Shown one piece after another: positions 8,868-19,321 of a DNA stretch of 64,000 nt. The stretch is from positions 1 through 64,000 of the IMG/VR virus record IMGVR_UViG_3300036766_000184; one strand, 5' to 3'. Made by a program: the position numbers and the translations under genes. The DNA comes from a virus. The notes under the pieces were generated by a model. It did not search any database and had not been told where the DNA came from. It saw only the letters and a list, made by a program, of their open reading frames with translations. Numbering within the stretch: the stretch's first letter is position 1; each line of letters begins with the position of its first letter.

Positions 8868-10523
8868 ATGGCGGTGACCGTCAACGCTCCAAAGGTCGAG
8901 CCCCAGGTGCCGGACGGGGCGAGTGTGTACGCGCCGAGTCCGACCGCCGAGGAGTTCATTCACGCCTGCGCGTCCGGGCCGATCTCCGAATTTCGCGTGC
9001 TGTCTTTAACATCCAGTCGAGGTGAAGGGAAGACAACCGCCGCGATCTACGCCCTCTTCTGTCTCGGTCAGCGTCTCGCCCAAGATGGTCTGTCAGGTCG
9101 CCTTCCGCTCCGCGTCGCCGTCGTGAGAGATACGTTCCTGAACATCCAGAGGACCACGATCGCCTCCCTCCGCAAACAAGCCTCTAAGGGTTTACCGATC
9201 GAGTTTATCGCTGGTGGTGAGCAGGCATTGATGGGGCCGTACCTCCACCTGTTCTTCTTCGGCATGGACAGGCGCGCGGACGTGGACAAGCTCCAGGGCT
9301 TCGAGGCGGCTGCGCTGTGGCTCGAAGAGGTGGCTCCCGGCGCCGAGTTGGATGTTGGCATTCCAGCCGAGACGTTCGGCATCGGGGCCACCTCTCTCCG
9401 CCAAGAGGGTGTCCCGCATCGCATCCTGATGACGATGAACCCACCCGACTCTGACCATTGGAGCCTCAACGTCGATCAAGTACTCGCCGAGAAGGGGCTC
9501 GACCATCTCGTCTTCCGGCGCTTCGAGATGCCACCAGGGGAACGCAGCACCCACTTCAATCACATGGCGACCCGCGCGGCGAAGGACGGGAGGCTGCGCG
9601 AGGCCGCCATGTGGCGGGAGGCGGCTGATGACTTCGACCGATACCGCTCGCTCAACGAAGCATTCTTAGAGTCGATCGGTCGGCACGATCTCGTCTCACG
9701 GATGGTCCACGGCAAGGTCGGCGGTGTCCAGATGGGCGAGGCCGTCATCTCAACCTTTGAGCGCGATCTACACCTGACTGAGCCGGGCGAACGATTGATC
9801 GCGCTGCCGAGTGCTCAATTACTCAGGGCTTGGGACGGCGGCATGACGCCAAGCACCGTCTGGATTCAAGAGACGGCCGCCGGGAACATCGACGTGCTCG
9901 GCTCGCGCACCTCGATCAACCTCGCGATGAGCCAGCACATCCTCAATGAGGTCATTCCCTTTCAGGAGAAGTTCAAGCTCTACCCGAAGCGCGGCACGGA
10001 TGCCTTCGGGAAAGGCCAGCGGATGGGATGGGACTTCCGGGACGTGGGCGATCCCGCACTGTTCCAGGGTGACATGGTGAACAACGCAGAGATCAGCGCC
10101 GGGACCGCCATCGAGAACCTACTCAATACGATCTTCGAGCCGGGCCCGATCGAATGGGCATGGCGACGAGACGCGGGCAACCTCGCATTCGAGCGCGCCG
10201 CGATGGGACACGCGAAACTCGGGGTGATGAGTTCCGACGGCCGCCCACGATCTAGGCCGCGGCTGATTCGTATCCAGCACGACCAGAACGACATTCTCAT
10301 CAAGGGCGCGGCGGGCAGATTTCATTATGTGGTCAACATGGCGACGGGGCGAATCGACCCGAATATCAAAACAGCTAAAAGAGCCTCGGGCCTCTTCGCC
10401 CAGCCGATCGACGCCTTGCTCTACTACCTCGCGATGCGCTTCCCCGCCCACGAGTGGATGAAGAAGCAGCCGCGCCCGCCGGGCACCCCGGAGCAGCCGC
10501 CGCGGGACTGGTCGGGGGTTTGA
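8868..10523 (+). CDS. terL: Terminase large subunit
   Basis: Walker A SSRGEGKTT, Walker B ALWLEE, coupling motif MTMNPPDSDHW, nuclease motifs RAWDGG and IDALLY. Confidence 0.85.
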   Translation: MAVTVNAPKVEPQVPDGASVYAPSPTAEEFIHACASGPISEFRVLSLTSSRGEGKTTAAIYALFCLGQRLAQDGLSGRLPLRVAVVRDTFLNIQRTTIASLRKQASKGLPIEFIAGGEQALMGPYLHLFFFGMDRRADVDKLQGFEAAALWLEEVAPGAELDVGIPAETFGIGATSLRQEGVPHRILMTMNPPDSDHWSLNVDQVLAEKGLDHLVFRRFEMPPGERSTHFNHMATRAAKDGRLREAAMWREAADDFDRYRSLNEAFLESIGRHDLVSRMVHGKVGGVQMGEAVISTFERDLHLTEPGERLIALPSAQLLRAWDGGMTPSTVWIQETAAGNIDVLGSRTSINLAMSQHILNEVIPFQEKFKLYPKRGTDAFGKGQRMGWDFRDVGDPALFQGDMVNNAEISAGTAIENLLNTIFEPGPIEWAWRRDAGNLAFERAAMGHAKLGVMSSDGRPRSRPRLIRIQHDQNDILIKGAAGRFHYVVNMATGRIDPNIKTAKRASGLFAQPIDALLYYLAMRFPAHEWMKKQPRPPGTPEQPPRDWSGV

Positions 10524-10852
10524 TGTCGGGCGAGCAGCGGGTCGCCGCCCTCGACCCCGAGGACGGCATCCACCTGGTGACCCACGAGGGCACACTGATC
10601 CTGCACGGGGTCGGGGCCAGCCAGCCGGTCATCGGGGCGCTCATCGTCGCGGCGTCGATGGACCCGCAGGGATCGGGCCGGCGACAAGCGTCGTTCGGAT
10701 TGCGCGGCGACATCATCGCGACCCTTGAGGCGCTTGGCTATTTTCTGGCGAACAATCGAGCCGCCTGCGACATAGTGCAGGGGGTGATCGCCATCCATAC
10801 CAGCGGCACGCTGTCCGGCGACCCACCGGCACCACAGGAGGGGCCTACATGA
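10523..10852 (+). CDS. Hypothetical protein
   Basis: TGATG-coupled to terL. Confidence 0.6.
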   Translation: MSGEQRVAALDPEDGIHLVTHEGTLILHGVGASQPVIGALIVAASMDPQGSGRRQASFGLRGDIIATLEALGYFLANNRAACDIVQGVIAIHTSGTLSGDPPAPQEGPT

Positions 10853-11208
10853 CGCATCGAGTCACGGTTTTCGCGCTGGCCGTCATGCTGGCGCTCGTAC
10901 TGCTCGTGGCCCCGACCTCGGAGGCCCACAACGTCGCCAAGGGATCGAATTTCTCCTGCACCTCCACCGCCCAACAGGTCGTCGCCCCTTCCAGCACGAC
11001 CGTCGCCCTGTCGATCTTCAACAACGCGGCCTCCGGGGGCACGGTGATCTACTTCTCGGACAATAGTGAAGTCACGCTGACCTCCAGCACAGGCTTCCCA
11101 CTCCCTGGTCAGGCGGCGTTCTTTTTCACTCCGGGCTATACGGGGGCGATCTGGTGCATCACGGCCTCGGGGACGGCGGACCTGCGCTACCTCAAGGAAG
11201 CCAAGTAG
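10849..11208 (+). CDS. Small beta-rich virion-like protein with signal peptide
   Basis: MTHRVTVFALAVMLALVLLVAPTSEA-; LSIFNN...VIYF...TGFPL...AIWCI pattern. Confidence 0.65.
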   Translation: MTHRVTVFALAVMLALVLLVAPTSEAHNVAKGSNFSCTSTAQQVVAPSSTTVALSIFNNAASGGTVIYFSDNSEVTLTSSTGFPLPGQAAFFFTPGYTGAIWCITASGTADLRYLKEAK

Positions 11209-11210
11209 CC

Positions 11211-13388
11211 ATGCGCTGGCTGCGCGCGTTCCTCATCCTCGCGCTCTTGCTCATCACCTTGCCTGGGCGGGCAGTGGCGGCGGATGGGGCCTATCCGACG
11301 GCGGGCGGGACGACTATCACGGCCAACGACTGCGGGAGCTTGGTCGCCAACGGGATCAGCGCGGCTGGCATCCTGGCCTGTGCGGCGGCTGGTGCGGGTG
11401 TCGTGACCTCCATCACGGGGACGGCGGATCAGGTCACTGTGGGCGGCACGGCGGCGGTGCCGGTCCTCTCACTGCCGAATCCGATCGTGCGGAACGTGAC
11501 CGGCAACGTGAGCGGCAGCTCTGGCTCCACGACGGGCAACGCGGCCACGGCCACCGCCCTCGCCGCCGACGGCGCGAATTGCTCGGCGGGGTCGTTCCCG
11601 CTCGGCGTCGATGCGAGCGGCGCTGCGCAAAACTGCACCGCCCTGCCGACCACCATCACGGGCACCGCGAACGAAATCACCGTGTCGGCCTCGACCGGCC
11701 CCATCACGTTCTCGATCCCCTCCGCGCTGACCTTCACGGGCAAGACGATCACGGGCGGCACGTTCGCGTCGCCGACGTTCTCGGGGACGGCGGCGGGTAC
11801 CTACACCCTCGGCGGGACGCCTTCGATCGCGTACACGGCGCTCACCGGGATGGGCACTGGTGTCGCGACGTTCCTTGCCACGCCGTCGAGCGCGAATCTT
11901 CTCGCCGCGCTCACCGACGAAACAGGAACCGGCGCCGCCGTCTTCGGCACCAGTCCGACGATTGCCGCGCCCGTGCTGTCCGGGACGACGACGGGAACGT
12001 ACACGCTCGGCGGTACACCGACGATCACGAACCCGACGATCAACGCGGCGACCTTCGCCGGGACGTTCGCGGGCACGCCCACGATTTCCGGCGCGTGGAC
12101 GTGGAGCGTCGCGCAGACGATGCCGGGGCTGACGCTCACCGGGAGCGGGGCGGGCTATGCCTCGCTGGCCGACTCCAGCGGCAACTACGCCTGGATCGCC
12201 ACCGGCGCCGGGATTAACTCGTGCCCGGACGCGGGCTCGACGGACACCTACGCGTGCAGCATCACGGACGGCACGCACTCGCTCCAGGTGTACGTGACAG
12301 GGATGCCGTATCGCTTCAAGGCGGCCACGCTGAACACCGGCACCGCGTCGATCAACTTCAATTCGTTGGGCGCGAAGACCATCGTCAAGGTGCTCGGCGG
12401 CATCACGACGGCGCTCGTGACGGGCGACATTCTCGCGGGGCAATGGGTCGAGCTGATCTACGACGGCACGAACATGCAGATGACCTCGCAGAGCGCGCTG
12501 ATGCCGCAACCCGCGCAGGGCGGCACCGGCTCCGCGAACACCGCGACCGCAGGCCGCCATCTGATCGGCGACGGGACGAACTTCATCACCGCTTCGGGGG
12601 TCGAGGAATACTGCCTGGACGCGGTGGGGACCGACACCTACGCCTGCAATCTCTCGCCCGCGATCACGGCGTACATCACGGGCGCGCGGTACGCGGTGAA
12701 GGTCGGGACGCTGAACACGGGCGCGGCCACGATCAACCTGAACGGGCTCGGGGCAAAGTCAATCGTCAAGGTATGCGGCGGGGTGACGACCGCGCTCGTG
12801 ACCGGCGACATTCTGGCCGGGCAAGTGATCGACCTCGCATATGACGGCACGAATATGCAGCTGCAATCGACGATTGCCAGCGGGTTGTGTACCGCACTCA
12901 CGGGCGACGTGACGACCGCCGCTGGGGGTGTGGTGACGACGATTGCGGCGAACGCGGTCACGTCGCCGAAAATGGCCGTCGCGAACACCTACTGGGTGTG
13001 CGACATGATGATCGGCGGGACGGATGAGGCAGTGCTCACGGATGCCAACATCGGGCCGCAGAACAATGCGTGCACAGCTCCGGCGGCGATTACGGTGGTG
13101 GAGGTGCGGGTGATCGCCGACGGTGGCACGCCTAGCGCGCTGCCACGTAATACGACCGTTGGACTCTCGTCTACAAACTTCCTGAGTGGCGCGCTCGCGA
13201 CGGGCGCCTCGGGCGTCGTGGCGTGCTCGAACACGGGCGGCACCACGAGCATCTACGGGACGACGACGTGTACGAATACGCTCACCTCCACGACGCTGGC
13301 GGCAGGGGCGCGGGTCGGCATCGTGTCGGGCACAGCGGGCGGCGTGGCGAAGCAGCTCACGGTGACGGTCATTGGCACACGGAATTAG
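11211..13388 (+). CDS. Tail-fibre-like protein with signal peptide
   Basis: Thr/Gly-rich; ATPSSANLLAALTDETGTGAAVFGTSPT; two copies of the NTGxAxINxNxLGAKxI...GDILAGQ..YDGTNMQ fibre domain. Confidence 0.75.
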   Translation: MRWLRAFLILALLLITLPGRAVAADGAYPTAGGTTITANDCGSLVANGISAAGILACAAAGAGVVTSITGTADQVTVGGTAAVPVLSLPNPIVRNVTGNVSGSSGSTTGNAATATALAADGANCSAGSFPLGVDASGAAQNCTALPTTITGTANEITVSASTGPITFSIPSALTFTGKTITGGTFASPTFSGTAAGTYTLGGTPSIAYTALTGMGTGVATFLATPSSANLLAALTDETGTGAAVFGTSPTIAAPVLSGTTTGTYTLGGTPTITNPTINAATFAGTFAGTPTISGAWTWSVAQTMPGLTLTGSGAGYASLADSSGNYAWIATGAGINSCPDAGSTDTYACSITDGTHSLQVYVTGMPYRFKAATLNTGTASINFNSLGAKTIVKVLGGITTALVTGDILAGQWVELIYDGTNMQMTSQSALMPQPAQGGTGSANTATAGRHLIGDGTNFITASGVEEYCLDAVGTDTYACNLSPAITAYITGARYAVKVGTLNTGAATINLNGLGAKSIVKVCGGVTTALVTGDILAGQVIDLAYDGTNMQLQSTIASGLCTALTGDVTTAAGGVVTTIAANAVTSPKMAVANTYWVCDMMIGGTDEAVLTDANIGPQNNACTAPAAITVVEVRVIADGGTPSALPRNTTVGLSSTNFLSGALATGASGVVACSNTGGTTSIYGTTTCTNTLTSTTLAAGARVGIVSGTAGGVAKQLTVTVIGTRN

Positions 13389-13425
13389 CCGCGTGACATC
13401 TCGGGCGTCTGGACGGAGCGCGGGT

Positions 13426-14166
13426 ATGATGCGTCTCGTCGTCGCGCTCGCGTTCCTGCTGATCGCTTCGCCCGCATGGGGCGCGGCGGCGTTTGTGCAG
13501 GCGAAAGCCTCGCAGCTTGCCACCGGGAACCCGCCGACCATCGACGTCACGCTGAACGCCTCCGTGGGGAGCGGAAACGGGCTCTGCGGCATGGTGACGC
13601 ACGGCGCCACTGATACCGCCGTCACCGTGAGCGACGACAAGGGGAATACCTACACCATCGTCCGCGATCTCGGGAGCGCGATCCGCGCCACTACGTTCTA
13701 CCTCACGAACATCACCAACGCCCCCACCACCATCACGGCGACGCCGAACGATAGCACGCTGTACATCCAGATCGTCGTGATCGAGATGAGTGGGGTCAAA
13801 ACCTCAGCCGCGCTTGATGTCGAGACGGGGCAACTGCAATCGTCGCCGGGGACGAGCACCGACGCGATCACAAGCGGCGCCGTCACCACCGCCGAAAACG
13901 GGGAATTCGTCTGTGGGTTTTCCGCCGTGACCGACAACCTACAGAGTAATACCTACACGGCGGGCACGAACTTCACCGAACGGGCTGAAGGCGGCAACGG
14001 GTCGTCAGGCGTTGATGCGGTGGGGGAATCGCTCGTGCAAACCTCAGCTGGGAGCATCGCGGCGACGTTTACGCAATCAACGACAAATAGTACGGCGACG
14101 TTCATCATGACGTTCAAGGCGGCGGCAGCGGCGTCATCTATCCGCCACAAGTCGAGTCAGCAATGA
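13426..14166 (+). CDS. Beta-sandwich fibre/decoration-like protein with signal peptide
   Basis: MMRLVVALAFLLIASPAWG-AAAFVQ; VSDDKGNTYT motif typical of phage structural proteins. Confidence 0.65.
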   Translation: MMRLVVALAFLLIASPAWGAAAFVQAKASQLATGNPPTIDVTLNASVGSGNGLCGMVTHGATDTAVTVSDDKGNTYTIVRDLGSAIRATTFYLTNITNAPTTITATPNDSTLYIQIVVIEMSGVKTSAALDVETGQLQSSPGTSTDAITSGAVTTAENGEFVCGFSAVTDNLQSNTYTAGTNFTERAEGGNGSSGVDAVGESLVQTSAGSIAATFTQSTTNSTATFIMTFKAAAAASSIRHKSSQQ

Positions 14167-15785
14167 TGCAGCGCCTTGAACTCGCGCTCTACTACACTGC
14201 GCTCGTCGCGTGCGGAATCGTCATGCTGCTCATTCTCGTGCTCGGGTTCGGGACACCGCGTGCGCATGCGGAAGAGGCTACGATCGCGGACGGGCTCACA
14301 AAAAGCGATTGGCTGCAAGCGGGCGTTAATAACAACGTCGAGTACTCGACCGCGCTGACGAACACCTTCACCACCAATGGCACGACCACGGTGACGGTTG
14401 CGCACCCCTCCCACGGGAAGAGCGTCACGAATAAGTTCACGATCGAGTCAGGTCCCACGATCGACGGTCTCGACATGAACGGGGCGTGGACCATCGCCAG
14501 CGTTCCGAATAGCAACAGCTACACCTTCACGCACACCGGCACGGCGAGCGGGAGCACCGCGACGACGGGCACCGCGGTGTCTACGTTCGGCGCGGCGGCT
14601 GACGACGGGAAACTGCGGTTTCTCTGCTTGATGAGCCACGCCAACTACGACGATCCGATCAAGTTTCCGGGCACGCCGGGCGCCGCGCACCTTCACCACT
14701 ATTTTGGAAATCGTTCAGCCAACTACGCTTCGACGTATCCGCTCTTACGGGCGTCAGGCGATGGCACCTGCGACGGGGGGCCGCTCAATCGCACAGCGTA
14801 TTGGTTCCCCGCGCTGCTCACGCAAAGCGGCACCAAGATGCTGTATCCGCAGGATGCACAGTGGTACTACGTCAATAACCAGCGGCGCAATTTGATTGAG
14901 TACACGAGCCCGGCGTGCCCGAGTGGATCGCTCGCGTGCCCACAGCTTCCCGTGCGCCGTTTGCAGCGCGGACAGAAGGCTATTTTTGGATTCGATCCAA
15001 GCACGGGCGCCTTCCCCGCAGTCTATGCGAGCGCGACGATGTTGGACTCGTTGTGGACGTGCCAAGACACCAGCGGCAACCAACAGGGCGGCGCGTATCG
15101 GTATCTTCACCATCGCAGCAACGCGTCCCTCGGCTTGTCGAGTAACGTCAGTTGCCCATCAGCGGGGAAGGTTGTCGCGCGGGCGGATGCGCCATCATGC
15201 TGGAACGGGGAACTCGATCACGCGGACCACTACAGCCATTTTACGCAACCGTCGCAAGACGGGTACAGCAACCTCGTGTGTCCCGCAACGCACCCCTATA
15301 GTCACGCCACGTTCACGATCATCCTCACGTGGAACTACACAGGAGGATTTTCGCAGATACAAAACTGGTGGCTGTCGTCTGACCGCCACCATGCGGACTA
15401 CGAGGCGGGGCAATCGTTTCATTGGGACATGCTGTTCGCGTGGAACGATGCCGTCATGGATTTCTGGGCGTCGAATATTTGGGGCGCATCCTCCGATCCG
15501 AATGACCCAGCCACCTACGTCTATCGGACGGCGGGCGGGGGCGGCAACGGCGCGGCGGCGTGGGTTGGTGGCAAGCACATGCGGAATACCAACTCGGGCG
15601 GCCTCGGCGTCGTCAGTATCACGCCCTGCGATTCACTCGGGATCTCCGGCTCGTGCTCGCTGAAAGACCGTACGACGCTGGGGCTCACTACGCCCTCGGA
15701 CACCGAGGTTGATATTCCATCCGCGACGGGCACCACGAAAACACTCGGCGGCAAAGCGGCCGTCGGCGGCAAAGGAGCGATGTGA
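14163..15785 (+). CDS. DUF1996-domain protein with signal anchor
   Basis: DDPIKFPGTPGAAHLHHYFGN, NRTAYWFPAL and PSCWNG...CPATHP are DUF1996 motifs; lower GC than its flanks. Confidence 0.75.
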   Translation: MMQRLELALYYTALVACGIVMLLILVLGFGTPRAHAEEATIADGLTKSDWLQAGVNNNVEYSTALTNTFTTNGTTTVTVAHPSHGKSVTNKFTIESGPTIDGLDMNGAWTIASVPNSNSYTFTHTGTASGSTATTGTAVSTFGAAADDGKLRFLCLMSHANYDDPIKFPGTPGAAHLHHYFGNRSANYASTYPLLRASGDGTCDGGPLNRTAYWFPALLTQSGTKMLYPQDAQWYYVNNQRRNLIEYTSPACPSGSLACPQLPVRRLQRGQKAIFGFDPSTGAFPAVYASATMLDSLWTCQDTSGNQQGGAYRYLHHRSNASLGLSSNVSCPSAGKVVARADAPSCWNGELDHADHYSHFTQPSQDGYSNLVCPATHPYSHATFTIILTWNYTGGFSQIQNWWLSSDRHHADYEAGQSFHWDMLFAWNDAVMDFWASNIWGASSDPNDPATYVYRTAGGGGNGAAAWVGGKHMRNTNSGGLGVVSITPCDSLGISGSCSLKDRTTLGLTTPSDTEVDIPSATGTTKTLGGKAAVGGKGAM

Positions 15786-15921
15786 CGCACGACGAGCTGC
15801 TCCAGCACGCGCGTGATCGGTTCCAGGTGATCTACGCCGCGGAGTACGAGTCCGATCGAGGCGACGGTGGACGGGACGTGGGCGCCGGTGCCGGTGAAGT
15901 GACATCGAGAGGAGACCACCC

Positions 15922-16089
15922 ATGAGGATGACGAAGCTGCCCCGCACGATGCCGATGAAGGTCAAGATCCCGCAGTCGGAGACACTCGCAGCGAAGCTGC
16001 CGACGTTCGCCAAGAAGAAGCGCGGGTCGATGCCGCCGCAGTTCTCGGGTGCGCCCGCGACGGTCGAGCCACCGGCGCCGGGCTACTAA
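15922..16089 (+). CDS. Small basic protein
   Basis: GAGGAG ribosome-binding site; TAATG-coupled to the next gene. Confidence 0.55.
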   Translation: MRMTKLPRTMPMKVKIPQSETLAAKLPTFAKKKRGSMPPQFSGAPATVEPPAPGY

Positions 16090-16304
16090 TGGCGAAGAAG
16101 CGACGATCGAACATCATGAGCTTCGGCCCGATGTCCACGGCCGACATGCTCGACATGCAGGCGGGCAGCATGGCCCGTGACGCCGTGATGGACTGTCCCG
16201 AGACGCAGAAGATGATCGCGGATCGCAAGCGGGACATCCTCAGCGCGGCGAAGAAGCGCGTGACTTCCGGTGGCAAACCCTTCGTCAAGAAGGCTGGCCG
16301 CTAG
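16089..16304 (+). CDS. Small basic protein
   Basis: Coupled ORF immediately upstream of the portal. Confidence 0.6.
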   Translation: MAKKRRSNIMSFGPMSTADMLDMQAGSMARDAVMDCPETQKMIADRKRDILSAAKKRVTSGGKPFVKKAGR

Positions 16305-16310
16305 GCGCCG

Positions 16311-18572
16311 ATGGCCCTCGCCCCCGACACGGCAGTCGCCCGCACCGACGTCGACCTCGGCGCCGATGGCTTCAGTGCGGCCATCGCGCGCTCGGAGCCG
16401 ACCGGGAAGGACTACACCGGACTGCGGGACGACCACGCCGAACGGGTGCGCAACTGGTACATCCTCGCGATCAACCATCCGCTCTGGCAGAAGTACATCC
16501 CGGCCGCGCGCGAGGACGAGGGCTACTACATCGGCGGCGACCTCCAGTGGAGCAAAGACGGCTCGCTCGAAGGGCTGAACCGCCTGCGCGAGAAGCGGCG
16601 CACGACGGTCTCGATCAATCACATCCAGGCGGTCGTGGACGTGCTGGTCGGCTTCGAGCGTCAGAACCGATTCGACCTCAAGGCGTCCCCGCAGGGCGAC
16701 GAAGACATCGAGTCCGCGCGCATCTTGTCGTGGCTCCTGAAGTTCGTTCAGGACCAGGCCGAGATCCAGGAGTACGAGAGCGAGGTCTTCGAGGACGGGC
16801 TGATCCGCGGCGCCTCGGCGCTGCACATCAAGATCCGCTGGGACGGCGACGACATCGACGGCGACATCGAGGTCGAGAAGCTGACCCCCGGCGAGGACTG
16901 TCTCTGGGACCCGTACTTCAAGCGCCGCGATCTGTCGGATGCCCGGTTCGTGCAGAAGTTCCGGTGGGCCTACGTCGATGAGGTGGTCGCCCAGTACCCG
17001 GAACACGAGGCGCAGATCGACGCCGAGTTGGCCCCGCTGAATGCCCTCTTCATGCCGATGTTGTCGAACGTCTCGACGGACGGCGGCCGTGGGGATGCCT
17101 ACGGGAGCGTCTCGGCCCCGAGTCTCGATCGCCTGCGCGAAGAGGAGTTGTTCTACGACGCCCGCGACAAACGGGTCCTGCTCGTCGAGACCTGGTATCG
17201 CCATTACGAAGTCGTCTGGAAGGTGGTCAACCGGAGTACGGGCCAGGTCGAGGATATGGCGAGCCAGCAGGACGCGAAGGACCTCGCCAAGGCCGACCCC
17301 TCGGGGAACCTGACTGCGGTCCGGCGCACGCTCAGGAAGATCCGGCACTCGTTGGTCCTGCCCGCGACGTTCTCGACGCTCTTCGAGGAGCCGAGTGAGC
17401 ACGAGAACGACGACGAGGCGTATCCGATCGTCCCGTTCATCGCCAAGAAGAAGCGGGAGTGGATGTACGGGATCGTTCGGAACATGAAGGACCCGCAACT
17501 CCTGGAGAACAAACGGATCAGTCAGGTGGTGGACATCCTCCAGCGGTGGGCGAACATCCGGCCGCTCATCCCGAAGGGGTCGGTCGAGGACGAGCGCGGT
17601 CTCGACGAGCACTGGTCGACGAGCCCGATCGTCTACGACGCCAAGAAGGGGCTGCCGAGCTGGTACGTCCCGACCGGCCTGGAGCAGGTCGCGCGCGGCC
17701 TGATCGAGATCGCGACCCAGTTCAAGATGAACCTGCGCGAGATCACGGGCGTCAACGCGGATCTGCTCGGCCAGCGGGAGGACACGAACTCCGGCATCGC
17801 CATCGCGCGCCGGCAAGCGCAAGGTCAAGTGATCGCGACCGTGTTCTTCGACAACTTCAAGAGTTTCAGGAAGATCGTCGCGCAGCGGGTGTGCCGTCGC
17901 ATCCAGCAGTCGTTCACGAAGGAGCAGGTCCTGCGGCTCATCAACCCCGACACCGGGGAAGCGGTCGAGGTCCGGCTCAACCCGCAAGAGGCGCAGGATC
18001 TCAAGGGCGAGGAGTGGAAGAACTGGGTCGGCGCTCAAACGGAAGGGACGTCCGGCCAGAAGCCCTACATCCTGCGCTCCGTGGAGGCGCTCAAGTACGA
18101 CGTCATCATCAACGAGGGTCCGTCGACTCCGAGCGCGCGCGCGACTGCCCTGATGGCCCTGCTCGAACTCCTCGGCCGGATGCCCTCGATCCTGCCCGCG
18201 GTGGTCGACAAGATCATCAACCTCGCGGAAGTGCCCGACCGGGCCGAGATCATCGAGCGCATCCACGCGATCATGGCCCAGTCCGGGATTCCGACCGGAC
18301 AACCGCCTCCGGCCGGTGGACCTCCGCCGGCGCCAGGTGTCGCGCCCGTTCCCGGCGGGCAGCCGCCCGTGCCCGGCGGGCAACCATCAGTACCGCCACT
18401 CCCGCTCGCCGCCCCGCTGCCGCTGCCAGCACCGTCCGTGGGATCGCAACCCGGCGGCGCGACCGCCTCGATGGCCCCGGCGATTCGACGAGGCGCGACC
18501 AGCAACGCGATGAAGAAGACGCTCTCACTGGCCTCCGGTGGAATGCCTTCTGGCGTCGCCGGTGCAGTTTGA
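16311..18572 (+). CDS. Portal protein (P22-like podoviral)
   Basis: EDEGYYIGGDLQW, SINHIQAVVDVLVGFERQNR, YGIVRNMKDPQ, ITGVNADLLG..SGIAIARRQAQG and KYDVIINEGPST; Pro-rich tail. Confidence 0.88.
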   Translation: MALAPDTAVARTDVDLGADGFSAAIARSEPTGKDYTGLRDDHAERVRNWYILAINHPLWQKYIPAAREDEGYYIGGDLQWSKDGSLEGLNRLREKRRTTVSINHIQAVVDVLVGFERQNRFDLKASPQGDEDIESARILSWLLKFVQDQAEIQEYESEVFEDGLIRGASALHIKIRWDGDDIDGDIEVEKLTPGEDCLWDPYFKRRDLSDARFVQKFRWAYVDEVVAQYPEHEAQIDAELAPLNALFMPMLSNVSTDGGRGDAYGSVSAPSLDRLREEELFYDARDKRVLLVETWYRHYEVVWKVVNRSTGQVEDMASQQDAKDLAKADPSGNLTAVRRTLRKIRHSLVLPATFSTLFEEPSEHENDDEAYPIVPFIAKKKREWMYGIVRNMKDPQLLENKRISQVVDILQRWANIRPLIPKGSVEDERGLDEHWSTSPIVYDAKKGLPSWYVPTGLEQVARGLIEIATQFKMNLREITGVNADLLGQREDTNSGIAIARRQAQGQVIATVFFDNFKSFRKIVAQRVCRRIQQSFTKEQVLRLINPDTGEAVEVRLNPQEAQDLKGEEWKNWVGAQTEGTSGQKPYILRSVEALKYDVIINEGPSTPSARATALMALLELLGRMPSILPAVVDKIINLAEVPDRAEIIERIHAIMAQSGIPTGQPPPAGGPPPAPGVAPVPGGQPPVPGGQPSVPPLPLAAPLPLPAPSVGSQPGGATASMAPAIRRGATSNAMKKTLSLASGGMPSGVAGAV

Positions 18573-18636
18573 CATCGTGCTCCACACGCGCCGTGTAGTA
18601 AAACAGAGACACTAGACAGCAGAGGAGGCTTCAACC

Positions 18637-18930
18637 ATGGGCGAGATCATCCAGGAAGGTGTCGGAGCGGGCGCGAAGTACTTCGAGGAGACCGTGACGG
18701 GCCCGGCGCTCGACAGCGAAGTCACGATGACGGGCAAGGTCGTGTCGGCCAAGGACCTCGACAACGTGGTCATCGAGCTGTCCAACGGTCGCTGCGTCAC
18801 GGTGCCGGCGCGGTCGATCGAGGGCTGCCTGGTGCGCAAAGAAGTGTCGCTGCCCGCGCGGGCAGACGAGGTGGTCGCCGCTCCGGTCGCAGTGCCGGCT
18901 CCGGTCCCGGTCACGACCGAGGCGCCTTAA
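18637..18930 (+). CDS. Hypothetical protein
   Basis: GAGGAGG ribosome-binding site. Confidence 0.65.
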   Translation: MGEIIQEGVGAGAKYFEETVTGPALDSEVTMTGKVVSAKDLDNVVIELSNGRCVTVPARSIEGCLVRKEVSLPARADEVVAAPVAVPAPVPVTTEAP

Positions 18931-18937
18931 GCGCGCC

Positions 18938-19294
18938 ATGCCGCACGCGGTCGTTCCCGACGAGGTCTTGAAGGCCGTCGCCGAGGTCCCGGATATGTGG
19001 AGCGCCATTCTCGAATGGCACCGCTGGTATCGGGATGCAGGCACCGGCAAGATCGAGATCACGTTCGGGAACGGCCGCGTGAAGGACATAGTGCGTTACG
19101 AGCGGTTGGCGATCGGGGAGGCGGTCAAGCTTCCGGGCGGCGTGGAGCCGTTCTGTGCGGACTGTGCGGGCGTCATGAGCTATCGAGACTACGGAAGCAA
19201 GCTCTACTGCGAGCGGTGCGACCGGACGGTCACCACGTGGGAGGTCAAGGCGGCGCGCAACTACCGGCCCGTTCGGATCGCCGCGGCATCCTGA
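18938..19294 (+). CDS. Hypothetical protein with Zn ribbon
   Basis: TGKIEITFGNG; CADC...CERC. Confidence 0.6.
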   Translation: MPHAVVPDEVLKAVAEVPDMWSAILEWHRWYRDAGTGKIEITFGNGRVKDIVRYERLAIGEAVKLPGGVEPFCADCAGVMSYRDYGSKLYCERCDRTVTTWEVKAARNYRPVRIAAAS

Positions 19295-19297
19295 TCC

Positions 19298-19315
19298 GTG
19301 GTACAGTGAACTCAC
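19298..19315 (+). promoter_or_regulatory. Extended -10 promoter overlapping operator GTGAACTCAC
   Basis: TGGTACAGTGAACTCAC; the motif recurs at 21464, 54580 and 55389. Confidence 0.55.
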
Positions 19316-19321
19316 CGACGC

